Below, one piece after another: positions 9,280-17,874 of a stretch of 35,839 nt of DNA; position 1 is the first letter of the stretch, and each line of letters opens with the position of its first letter. A model generated the notes under the pieces. It did not search any database. It was not told the DNA's origin and saw only the letters and a list, made by a program, of their open reading frames with translations. Source of the stretch: an uncultured Ilumatobacter sp. (GTDB lineage: Bacteria > Actinomycetota > Acidimicrobiia > Acidimicrobiales > Ilumatobacteraceae); contig CBFCWS010000001.1 in assembly GCA_965601765.1 (NCBI GenBank), positions 1 through 35,839 of the forward strand. The letters are read 5' to 3'. A program made the position numbers and the translations under genes.

Positions 9280-9330
9280 CGCCGGTCGTGATCGCCGGTC
9301 GTGATCGCCGGTCGTGATCGCCGGTGGATC
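9280..9330. repeat. 13-bp tandem repeat CGCCGGTCGTGAT x3 plus one degenerate copy
   Basis: Exact copies at 9280, 9293 and 9306; fourth copy CGCCGGTGGATC at 9319. Fills the convergent intergenic gap. Confidence 0.95.
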
Positions 9331-11002
9331 AGCCGGGCAGCGCGTCGCAGGTGGTGATCCGGCGACGGGCGTTCCTCCAGTCGGGCTCGGAGGGGATCGT
9401 GCCCGACACCGAGTCGGGATCGGCGTCGAGACCGCTGCCTTCGAGCAGGTCGGTGCACCGCTCGGACCGGATCGCCCGCAGCTCCTCCTCGCCGGGGTAC
9501 GGGCCGTTCGGGAGGTCGTACCAACCGACGTGCATCCGGGCACCCTCGTCGTCGCACGCGATCTCCAGACCGAGGTCGAAGGTGTCGGGGAGGAACGCGA
9601 AGCACGTGCCCGGCGCCATCTGCCAGATCGGCTCCGCGTCGCCGAGGGCCGCGCCGATGTCGCCGTCGAGCGGCGCGACCAGGTAGTCGCCGCCGTCGGC
9701 GCCTGCGAAGCACGCGACGGTGCCCACGATCCACCCGCCCAGCTCACCCTCGACGCGGTAGGTGAGCGACACCCCGGGCTCGGCGATCGACATCCCGGTG
9801 GCCTCGGTGACGGCCTGCTCGCACGTGCGGACGAACAGGGCCCGGGCATCGGGCAGGTCGTCGGGGATGGTGCGCACCACGGGGTCGACGTTGCCGACGT
9901 ACTCCCAGCGATGCGGCTCGTCGCAGTCGGTCACGGTACCGATCGGATCCTGGCTGTCGGCCAGGTTCCGGTAGCACGTGCCGGCGGGATAGCGGTACCC
10001 CTCGCCGGACTCCGAGTCGCCGCGGTCATCCTCGCGCTCGTCGCCGTGCTCGTCGCCGTCGTCGTCGTGGTCGTCGTCGTGGTCGTGGGCGAGCGGGCCG
10101 GCACCGTCCGCCTCGCTGTCGGGCTCGCCGGCGAAGGTCGAGCAGACGATCACCCGCTGACCCAGCGCCCACTCCGCCTCGAACGGCGGCAGGTAGAAGA
10201 ACTCCTCCGACGTACCGGCCTCGTCCGCACACGCCTCCCGGCCGAGCGTCTCGACCGTATCGCTGCCCGGGAACGTCTCGCCCTCGACCGGCACCAGCGC
10301 GATCAGCCGCTGGGCGCCGACCTCGTCGCACCCGCCCGGATGGACCAGGGTGAGGAACCCGAACGCGTCCTGCTCGATGACGTAGCACTGCCCGGGCTCC
10401 ACCGAGAACACGCTCACGAGCTCGCCGAGCGCTGTCGCCGGCTCGACCCGTCGGAGCGAACCGGTCAGTGCTCCGTCGACCGGCGATACCAGCCAGCACT
10501 CGATCTCCGCCGTGGTCGACGCTCCCGCCGTGGTCGACTCGAACGGCAGGACCGTCAGACCCGTCGCCCACACGGCGCCACCGGCGATCGTCTCGGCGGT
10601 GGCGCGGCACGCATCGACCGCGATCGGGTCGGGGATCACACCCGACCGCAAGCCGTCCGGCACCGGGACCACGCCCGCCAGCTCGGCGTCGTGCGGGTCG
10701 GCGCAATGGACGGCCGCGACGTCGGGGACCACGGGATCGAAGTCGCCGCAGACCGACGTGGCCATCGCGCCGGTGACCCCTCCCGGGCCGGCCGGCTCGC
10801 CGTCCGGAGCGTCGTCGACCCCGCCGTCGCTGTCGACGTCGCCGACGTCCTCCGCCGACGCGATCGAGGTCGGCGCCCCGTCCTCGGTCCCGCCAACGGC
10901 ATCGGCGGTATCGGCGACGTCGCCGTCGTCGTCGCCGCCGCACGCACCGAGCAGCAGCGACGCCGCGATCACGATCCCCGGCATCGAACGCTTCGCGAGC
11001 AC
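9329..11002 (-). CDS. Lipoprotein with four Cys-rich septum-formation-like modules
   Basis: Lipobox LLGA-C, acidic linker, repeated GxCY/F..vxCxxPHxxE..C..vxC modules. Start could be 11008, 11002 or 10984. Confidence 0.75.
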   Translation of the reverse strand: MLAKRSMPGIVIAASLLLGACGGDDDGDVADTADAVGGTEDGAPTSIASAEDVGDVDSDGGVDDAPDGEPAGPGGVTGAMATSVCGDFDPVVPDVAAVHCADPHDAELAGVVPVPDGLRSGVIPDPIAVDACRATAETIAGGAVWATGLTVLPFESTTAGASTTAEIECWLVSPVDGALTGSLRRVEPATALGELVSVFSVEPGQCYVIEQDAFGFLTLVHPGGCDEVGAQRLIALVPVEGETFPGSDTVETLGREACADEAGTSEEFFYLPPFEAEWALGQRVIVCSTFAGEPDSEADGAGPLAHDHDDDHDDDGDEHGDEREDDRGDSESGEGYRYPAGTCYRNLADSQDPIGTVTDCDEPHRWEYVGNVDPVVRTIPDDLPDARALFVRTCEQAVTEATGMSIAEPGVSLTYRVEGELGGWIVGTVACFAGADGGDYLVAPLDGDIGAALGDAEPIWQMAPGTCFAFLPDTFDLGLEIACDDEGARMHVGWYDLPNGPYPGEEELRAIRSERCTDLLEGSGLDADPDSVSGTIPSEPDWRNARRRITTCDALPG

Positions 11003-11076
11003 GCCCAAGCTTCCTCGACGGGAACGATTCTTGCAAGTGGCCCGGGCGGCCCGACCGGCGTCGTAACCTGGCGGAC

Positions 11077-12795
11077 GTGACCGTGTTGCGCATCGCGCTC
11101 GCCCAGTTGAACCCGACCGTCGGCGACCTCGACGGCAACCTGGCCAAGCTGCTCGACGCCTACGAGCGGGCCGACGCCCACGCGTGCGACGTCGTGGCCT
11201 TCCCCGAGCTCGCGATCACCGGCTATCCGCCGGAGGATCTCGTGCTCAAGCCGGGGTTCGTGCTCGACAACCGCACCGCTCTCGCCGAGTTCGCCAAGGC
11301 GACCAGGGCCTGCACCGCGATCGTCGGGTTCGTCGACGAGGACCGCGACCTGTACAACGCTGCGGCGATCTGCGTCGACGGCGCCGTCGTCGGCACCTAC
11401 CGCAAGCGCCACCTCCCCAACTACGCAGTGTTCGACGAGCAGCGCTACTTCACCCAGGGTCACGCGAGCGATCCGCTCGAGCTGTTCGAGATCGGCGGCG
11501 TCAAGGTCGGCGTGTCGATCTGCGAAGACATCTGGTCGCCGTCCGGACCGCTCGCGACGCAGGCCGCCGGCGGCGCGGAGCTGAGCATCAACATCAACGG
11601 CTCGCCGTACGCGTGGGGGAAGGACTCGCACCGGGAGCGAATGGTGTCCACACGCGCCGAGGACTCCCACACGGCGATCGCCTACGTCAACCAGGTCGGC
11701 GGCCAGGACGAGCTCGTGTTCGACGGCGGCTCGTTCGTCGTCGACGCCGATGGTCGGGTGATCGCTCGGGCGCCGCAGTTCGTCGAGGACCTGATGGTCG
11801 TCGACGTGTCGATCCCCCCGGTCTACCGCGGGCGCCTGCTCGACCCGCGCGGCAAGGCGACCGACGCCGAGCTCCCCGTGATCCCCGTGAGCGGGACCCC
11901 ACGACGCAACGACGGTGTCGTCGAGTCACCGATCGCCGAGCCGCTGCCCCGGTACCGCGAGCTGTACGACGCCCTCGTGCTCGGCACCCGCGACTACCTC
12001 GTCAAGAACGGCTTCACCGACGTCGTCATCGGCTTGTCCGGGGGCATCGACTCGACCCTCGTCGCGTGCATCGCCGCCGATGCGATCGGGCCGGACCACG
12101 TCCACGGCGTGTCGATGCCGTCTCGGTACTCCTCCGACCACTCCCGGTCCGACGCACAGCTCCTCGCCGAGAACCTCGGCATCGACTTCCGGACCGTGTC
12201 GATCGAGCCGGCGTTCCAGGCGTACCTCGACATGCTCGCGCCCTCGTTCGAGGGCCGCGCGCCCGGCCTGACCTACGAGAACATCCAGTCGCGGTGCCGG
12301 GGCCAGCTGCTGATGGCGCTGTCGAACGAGATGGGCTGGATGGTGCTGACCACCGGCAACAAGAGCGAGCTGGCGGTCGGGTATTTCACGATCTACGGCG
12401 ACTCGGTCGGCGGGTACGCGGTGATCAAGGACGTGCTCAAGCTCGACGTGTACGAGCTCTGCCGCCACGTGAACCGGACCGCCGGCCGTGACGTCATCCC
12501 CCAGGGCGTCATCACCAAACCGCCCTCGGCCGAGCTGCGCCCCGACCAACGCGACGACCAGTCCCTCCCGCCGTACGAGATCCTCGATCCGATCCTCGAG
12601 CTGTACGTCGAACAGGACCGCACGGCGAACGAGATCATCGAGATGGGGCACGACGAGGCGCTGGTGCGCCGGATCACGCGGCTCGTCGACATCGCCGAGT
12701 ACAAGCGCCGCCAGTCGCCGCCAGGAGTCAGGGTCAGCCCGAAGGCGTTCGGCAAGGACCGGCGGATGCCCATCACCCACGGCTACCGCGGCTGA
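11077..12795 (+). CDS. nadE: Glutamine-dependent NAD+ synthetase
   Basis: Nitrilase domain (FPELAITGYPPEDL, YRKRHLPNYAVFDE, ICEDIW) plus synthetase domain (GLSGGIDS, TTGNKSE, PPSAELRPDQRD, EYKRRQSPPG). Confidence 0.96.
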   Translation: MTVLRIALAQLNPTVGDLDGNLAKLLDAYERADAHACDVVAFPELAITGYPPEDLVLKPGFVLDNRTALAEFAKATRACTAIVGFVDEDRDLYNAAAICVDGAVVGTYRKRHLPNYAVFDEQRYFTQGHASDPLELFEIGGVKVGVSICEDIWSPSGPLATQAAGGAELSININGSPYAWGKDSHRERMVSTRAEDSHTAIAYVNQVGGQDELVFDGGSFVVDADGRVIARAPQFVEDLMVVDVSIPPVYRGRLLDPRGKATDAELPVIPVSGTPRRNDGVVESPIAEPLPRYRELYDALVLGTRDYLVKNGFTDVVIGLSGGIDSTLVACIAADAIGPDHVHGVSMPSRYSSDHSRSDAQLLAENLGIDFRTVSIEPAFQAYLDMLAPSFEGRAPGLTYENIQSRCRGQLLMALSNEMGWMVLTTGNKSELAVGYFTIYGDSVGGYAVIKDVLKLDVYELCRHVNRTAGRDVIPQGVITKPPSAELRPDQRDDQSLPPYEILDPILELYVEQDRTANEIIEMGHDEALVRRITRLVDIAEYKRRQSPPGVRVSPKAFGKDRRMPITHGYRG

Positions 12796-12889
12796 CGTCG
12801 GCGTCGCCGGACGGGTCGACGTTCGATCGGCGCTGGAACGGGGGCCGGTCGATAGTGGTGCGACTGGCCGAACGGCGCGATAGTGGACC

Positions 12890-13747
12890 ATGGGGACGTG
12901 GACCGACGAACAGCACCAGCTCCCACTCGCGGAGTGGGACCGGCCGGCAGGCCACGAGTTCTACAAGGCTGACGGGCGCCTCAAGAAGACGTTCTACGAG
13001 GCCGAGCTCGCACGGTTGCAGGAAGAGCTCGTCAAGCTGCAGCACTGGGTCCAGCAGCACGGTCTGCGCGTCCTCGTCATCTTCGAGGGCCGGGGCTCGG
13101 CCGGCAAGGGTGGCGTCATCAAGCGCATCAGCGAGCGCACGAGCCCCCGCATCGTCCGGGTCGAGGCGCTCCCCAAGCCGACCGAGCGCGAGCAGACGCA
13201 GTGGTACTTCCAGCGCTACGTCCCGTTGCTCCCGTCCGGGGGCGAGATCGTGCTGTTCGACCGGAGCTGGTACAACCGCTCCAACGTCGAGTGGGTGATG
13301 GGCTTCTGCACGCCCCAGCAGCATCAGGAGTTCCTGCGCACCTGTCCCGAGTTCGAGCGCATGCTCGTCCGGTCCGGCGTCATCCTGCTCAAGTACTGGT
13401 TCTCGATCAGCTACGAGGAGCAGTAGCGCCGCTTCAACGCCCGCAACGAGGAGCCGCTCAAGCGCTGGAAGCTGTCCGAAATGGACCTCGAGGAGCACCG
13501 CCGGTACGTGCGCTACTCGATGGCGAAGGACACGACCTTCCAGTACACCGACATCAAGCAGGCGCCGTGGTACGTCGTCCCCTCCGACGACAAGCGTCGC
13601 GCCCGCCTCAACTGCATCAGCCACATGCTGGCGATGATCCCGTACGAGGACATCGTCCCCGAGCCGGTCGTGATCCCCGACCGGGAGGACGAGCCCTACA
13701 TCCGGCCGCCCGCAGACGACCAGACCTTCGTCGACCAGATCTACTGA
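12890..13747 (+). pseudogene. ppk2: Polyphosphate kinase 2 interrupted by an in-frame TAG at 13424-13426
   Basis: FEGRGSAGKGGVIKRI, QWYFQRY, LFDRSWYNR, LLKYWFSIS. After the TAG the same frame continues RRFNARNEEPLKRWKLSEMD..APWYVVPSDDKRRARLNCISH to TGA 13747. Confidence 0.85.
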
Positions 13748-14142
13748 TGCGCGCTGCGCTGCGCTGGGCGCTGGGCGGGTTCCTCGTCGTCGCCGGGAGC
13801 GCGCACCTCTCCGGTCGCCGCGACGAGTTCCGGGCGCAGGTCCCGTCGTGGTTCCCGATCGACGCCGGCGTCGTCGTGGCGGTCTCGGGGGTCGTCGAGA
13901 TCGCACTGGGCGTGGCGCTCGTGGCGCTCCCCCGCCAGCGGGTGGTCGTCGGGTGGACGGTCGCCGCGTTCTTCGTGGCGATCTTCCCGGGGAACGTCGC
14001 CCAGTTCGTCGAGGGTGACGACGCGTTCGGCCTCGACACCGATGCGAAGCGGTTCGTCCGCCTGCTCGGCCAGCCGGTGCTGGTCGCCTGGGCGCTGTAC
14101 GCGACCGCGGCCTGGCGTGACCGGCGGGTCCTGCGACGCTGA
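13747..14142 (+). CDS. DoxX-like membrane protein
   Basis: TGATG overlap with ppk2. AGSAHL, EFRAQVPSW, SGVVEIALG, FFVAIFPGN, RLLGQPVLVAWAL. Confidence 0.85.
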   Translation: MRAALRWALGGFLVVAGSAHLSGRRDEFRAQVPSWFPIDAGVVVAVSGVVEIALGVALVALPRQRVVVGWTVAAFFVAIFPGNVAQFVEGDDAFGLDTDAKRFVRLLGQPVLVAWALYATAAWRDRRVLRR

Positions 14143-14149
14143 GGCCGGA

Positions 14150-14578
14150 TCAGCAGCAGTCCGGCGAACCGGCCGGGGTCAGCGTCGGGCGCACGACGTT
14201 CTCGAGCTGGGTGTCGTGGTCGGCCTGTTTGACGTACCACTCCCACCGACTACCACCGGGGCCCTCCACCCAGGTCTCGACCTTCTCCGCGAAGCAGCAG
14301 ATCGTCTCGTCCACACCGCTGGTCGTGAGACCCGCGTCGCGCAGCCGAGCCTCGGCCGCGACGACCTGCTCCGGCGTCTCGGTCTCGACGCCGAGGTGGT
14401 TGAGCGAGCCCGGCTCGGCGTCCGGGCGCTCGAACACGACGAGTTTGAGTGGCGGGTCGGTGACCTCCCAGTTGGCGTAGCCCGGCTTGATCTTCGCCGG
14501 TTCGGTGGCGAACATCTTCGAGTAGAAGCTGATCGCCTCGTCGAGGTCGCTGACGTTGAGGGCGAGCTGCAGGCGCAT
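14150..14578 (-). CDS. ArsI/CadI family VOC metalloenzyme (putative C-As lyase)
   Basis: RLQLALNVSDLDEAISFYSKMF, PAKIKPGYANW, PPLKLV, LNHLGVE, vicinal CC (TICCFA), WEWY, C-terminal CC. GAGGAG RBS. Confidence 0.9.
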   Translation of the reverse strand: MRLQLALNVSDLDEAISFYSKMFATEPAKIKPGYANWEVTDPPLKLVVFERPDAEPGSLNHLGVETETPEQVVAAEARLRDAGLTTSGVDETICCFAEKVETWVEGPGGSRWEWYVKQADHDTQLENVVRPTLTPAGSPDCC

Positions 14579-14625
14579 GGGGACTCCTCGGTGGAGATGT
14601 CGACCGCCCTCGCGGGCGGGCGATG

Positions 14626-14675
14626 TATCGATTGATGTCGATATGTTGCCAGACGCATCGACACCTGTCAATATG
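14626..14675. promoter_or_regulatory. Tandem putative ArsR operator boxes in the divergent promoter
   Basis: TATCGA-ttgatg-TCGATA (14626-14643) and the related ATCGAC-acct-GTCAAT (14657-14672), in an AT-richer patch. Confidence 0.7.
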
Positions 14676-14680
14676 ACCGG

Positions 14681-15049
14681 GTGAGCCCGACCGCCGAACG
14701 CACCGTCCCGATCGCCGCGACGCCGACCGAGACGTGCTGCGTGCTGAGCGACGTCCTCGACGAGGCCGCCGCCGAGCGGCTCGCCACGCAGCTGAAGGCA
14801 CTGGCCGATCCCGCACGTCTGCGGCTCGTGTCGCTGATGGCGACCGCGACCGACGGCGAGGTGTGCGCGTGCGACCTGCCGGCGGCGATCGGGAAGTCGC
14901 AGCCGACGACGAGCCACCACCTGCACCAGCTGGTCGACGCCGGGCTGATCGAGCGGGAGCAGCGTGGGCGATGGGCGTGGTTCCGGCTCGACCAGCGGGC
15001 CCTGGCTGCGATCCGGGCGGCGCTCGGTGCCACCGAGCCGCTCGACTGA
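14681..15049 (+). CDS. arsR: ArsR/SmtB family metalloregulator
   Basis: N-terminal CC, LKALADPARLRLVSL, GEVCACDL, KSQPTTSHHL, REQRGRWAWF. Confidence 0.92.
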   Translation: MSPTAERTVPIAATPTETCCVLSDVLDEAAAERLATQLKALADPARLRLVSLMATATDGEVCACDLPAAIGKSQPTTSHHLHQLVDAGLIEREQRGRWAWFRLDQRALAAIRAALGATEPLD

Positions 15050-15200
15050 CCGAGATGACGACGTCCCCTCCCCCGCCGCGGCCGGCCCGGTCGAAGGTTT
15101 CCTGGCAGCGATCACGACACCGGCGCGCAGGATCGCTGCCACAGGATCGCGGCGGTCGGGCGACTCGCCGGGCCACGACGGATCGTGGCAGGGTCGGCAT

Positions 15201-15935
15201 GTGCACGAACCACCGTCGATCCGCTACGACGACGAGCTGCGCCGGACGCTCGCCGACCGACTCGCAGCGCACGACCGGCGCGGGCACCCGCTCGCCGGCC
15301 GCAAGCACGCCGCCGTCGCGGTCGTCCTCGTCGACAGCGACGCCGCCACCGACGACGGCGACCCCCTCGTGGCGGACGACATCGACATGAGCGTCGTGCC
15401 GGGCGACGCGCGGGGCCTCGACGGCCGGATGGTCGGCGTCGCCGGCGGCGCCGCCTTCGTCCTGTGCCGTCGGACCTCGCGGCTCAACACCCACGCCAAC
15501 CAGTGGGCACTCCCCGGCGGTCGACTCGACGAGGGCGAGTCACCGCTCGACGCCGCCCTGCGCGAGACCGACGAGGAGATCGGCCTCCGGCTCACCCCCG
15601 ACGACGTGGTCGGCTGGCTCGACGACTACCCGACGCGCTCGGGCTACGTGATCACACCGGTCGTGCTGTGGGCCGGCGACGGGATCGAGCTGCAGCCGTC
15701 GGCGCACGAGGTGCTCGCGGCGTACCGCATCGGGCTCCACGCGCTCCGCGACGGCGAGCCGCGGTTCGTCGACATCCCGGAGAGCGAACGCCCGGTGCTG
15801 CAGGTCCCGCTCGGGAACGACCTCGTCCACGCCCCCACCGGCGCCGTGCTCTACCAACTCCGCCAGGTGGGCCTGCTCGGGCGCATCGGCGATCGCGTCG
15901 ACCACCTCGAACAGCCGGTGTTCGCCTGGGGGTGA
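15201..15935 (+). CDS. NUDIX hydrolase, CoA pyrophosphatase-like
   Basis: RRTSRLNTHANQWALPGG plus Nudix box GGRLDEGESPLDAALRETDEEIGL; TRSGYVITPVV. Confidence 0.88.
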   Translation: MHEPPSIRYDDELRRTLADRLAAHDRRGHPLAGRKHAAVAVVLVDSDAATDDGDPLVADDIDMSVVPGDARGLDGRMVGVAGGAAFVLCRRTSRLNTHANQWALPGGRLDEGESPLDAALRETDEEIGLRLTPDDVVGWLDDYPTRSGYVITPVVLWAGDGIELQPSAHEVLAAYRIGLHALRDGEPRFVDIPESERPVLQVPLGNDLVHAPTGAVLYQLRQVGLLGRIGDRVDHLEQPVFAWG

Positions 15936-15977
15936 CGGCGGCTCGGCGACCGCCCGTCGGGCGCGAAGACGTGCCCG

Positions 15978-16243
15978 ATGGCGACGACACCGACCACGCA
16001 CGGCAGCGGGCCGGACCGGTCGCCCGTCGCGCTCGTGACCGGCGTGAGCCGGGCCGCGCGGTCAACCCGGGCGCCACCGACACCGGCTGGACGGCGCCCG
16101 ATGTGCAGGCGATCGTGCGCTCCGGCGACCTGCAGCCGCGCCTCGGACTCCCGGCCGACGCCGCCGAGCTCGTGAGCTCCCTGCTCGCCGCAGGGAGGCT
16201 CGATCAACCGTCAGGTGCTGGACACGACGGCGGCCGTCCCTGA
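15978..16243 (+). pseudogene. Internally deleted and frameshifted SDR oxidoreductase remnant
   Basis: N-terminal VALVTGVSR abuts the C-terminal SDR segment AVNPGATDTGW..RLGLPADAAELV in another frame, then INRQVLD..DGG in further frames. Confidence 0.75.
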
Positions 16244-16259
16244 CGATTTCCGCCCGACC

Positions 16260-16880
16260 TCACCCCCGGGGGAGCTCGCCGGACACGACGGCGTCGCCGT
16301 AGGTCTCCCACCCGCCGTCACGCCGGACGAGCGCCGACCCGACAGGGAGCTCGACGAACGGCGTGGTCGCCAGCGACCGCGTTCGTTCGAGCTGATCGGG
16401 CGGCCACGAACCGGTGCGGGTGATCAGCGCGACCCCTTCGACGAGGCCGAGACCGAGGGCGAACCCGCCCCCGCGGCCGTCGGTCATCGGGTCGCACAGC
16501 GCTGCGGCGGCCTGGCCGGACGCCATGAGCACACCCCCGCGCCCGAGCACGCCACCGATCGCCTCGAACAGGGCCGTGTCCTTCAGCACGCTGCGCAGGT
16601 GGATGCCCGAGTCGCCGGCCAGGAAGACCGCCGGCGCCTCGGCGACCGCGGCGACGGCTGCGTCGTCGATGTCGCGACGGGTGAGGACCATCAGCGTGTC
16701 GACCTCGATGCCGAGGCGCGCACCCCAGGCCGAGGCGGCGGCGGCCATGTCGGCCGGCTGTTCGTAGGCGTCCGCGGTCGGCAGCATCAGGACACGGTCG
16801 ATGCCGGCCAGCACCTCGCGATCGAGGTCGTCGTTGGCCACGAAGGGTCCACCACCCTGCAGGACGAGCGTTCCGGTCAC
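16260..16880 (-). CDS. Peptidase S51/cyanophycinase-like class I glutamine amidotransferase-fold protein
   Basis: GTLVLQGGGPF, VLMLPTADAYE, AVFLAGDSGIHLRSVLKDT, GLGLV. TACCAT lies 6 nt before the GTG. Confidence 0.8.
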   Translation of the reverse strand: MTGTLVLQGGGPFVANDDLDREVLAGIDRVLMLPTADAYEQPADMAAAASAWGARLGIEVDTLMVLTRRDIDDAAVAAVAEAPAVFLAGDSGIHLRSVLKDTALFEAIGGVLGRGGVLMASGQAAAALCDPMTDGRGGGFALGLGLVEGVALITRTGSWPPDQLERTRSLATTPFVELPVGSALVRRDGGWETYGDAVVSGELPRG

Positions 16881-16944
16881 GCCGCGATGGTAGGGCGACG
16901 CCGCCCGGTCGGCCGGATCCGCCCACCGACTGCCGGCTTTCGTG

Positions 16945-16962
16945 AGTTACCCGCGGGTAACT
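16945..16962. promoter_or_regulatory. Perfect 18-bp palindromic operator AGTTACCCGCGGGTAACT
   Basis: Exact inverted repeat (GTTAC-N6-GTAAC) touching the TAAGGT -10 (16962-16967) of hbd. Confidence 0.8.
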
Positions 16963-16974
16963 AAGGTGGCGACC

Positions 16975-17829
16975 ATGGCAGATATCTTCGAGGTCGGGAT
17001 CGTCGGATCCGGGATCATGGGGGCGGGGCTCGCCGAGGTCGCCGCCAAGTCCGGGCACCACGTCGTCGTGCGTTCACGCACGCAGGCGAACGCCGATGCG
17101 GTCCTGACCCGCATCAACAAGGGTCTCGACAAGCAGGTCGCGAAGGAGAAGATCACCGAGGACGATCGCGACTCGATCCTGGCTCGCATCCGGGTGACCG
17201 ATCATCTCGGACAGCTCGCCGGCTGCGATCTCGTGATCGAGAGCGTCGTCGAGGACCTCGCCGTCAAACGTGGACTCTTCGAAGAGCTCGAGCAGATCGT
17301 GAAGCCCGGTGGGATCCTCGCCACCAACACCTCCACGTTGCCGGTCGTCGAGATGGCGGTCGCGACGCAACGACCCGAGCTCGTGTGCGGCATCCACTTC
17401 TTCAACCCCGCTCCGGTGATGGGCCTCGTCGAGATCGTCAAGCCCGTGACGGCCTCCGACGACACGATCAGCCGAGCGGTCGCCTTCGCCGAGCGCTGCG
17501 GCAAGGATCCGATCGTCGTCGAGGACCGCGCCGGCTTCGTCGTCAACGCCCTGCTCTTCCCGTACCTCAACAACGCCGTCCGCATGCTCGAGACCGGCAC
17601 CGCGTCGATGGAGGCGATCGACACCGCGATGGTCGGCGGCTGCGGGTTCCCGATGGGGCCGTTCAAGTTGCTCGACCTCGTCGGTCTCGACACCTCGCTC
17701 TCGATCCTCGATGCGCTCTACGACGAGTTCCGCGACCCGAACTACGCCGCGGTGCCCACCCTGCGCCGGATGGTGACCGCCGGTCGCCTCGGCCGCAAGA
17801 GTGGCGGCGGGTTCTACGACTACAGCTGA
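16975..17829 (+). CDS. 3-hydroxybutyryl-CoA dehydrogenase
   Basis: VGIVGSGIMGAG, LVIESVVEDL, LATNTSTL, GIHFFNP, GFVVNALL, PMGPFKLLDLVGLD, GRLGRKSGGGFYDY. Confidence 0.93.
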   Translation: MADIFEVGIVGSGIMGAGLAEVAAKSGHHVVVRSRTQANADAVLTRINKGLDKQVAKEKITEDDRDSILARIRVTDHLGQLAGCDLVIESVVEDLAVKRGLFEELEQIVKPGGILATNTSTLPVVEMAVATQRPELVCGIHFFNPAPVMGLVEIVKPVTASDDTISRAVAFAERCGKDPIVVEDRAGFVVNALLFPYLNNAVRMLETGTASMEAIDTAMVGGCGFPMGPFKLLDLVGLDTSLSILDALYDEFRDPNYAAVPTLRRMVTAGRLGRKSGGGFYDYS

Positions 17830-17874
17830 CGGCCGACATGGGCCCGTCGCCACGCCACATGGGAGGATGGGGCG

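Noticed and set aside
9280-9330. CRISPR array
   Set aside because: Repeats are 13 bp and contiguous, with no spacers or cas genes.
13424-13426. Pyrrolysine insertion or genome-wide TAG reassignment
   Set aside because: No pyl genes in the window, and TAG ends other genes at plausible C-termini.
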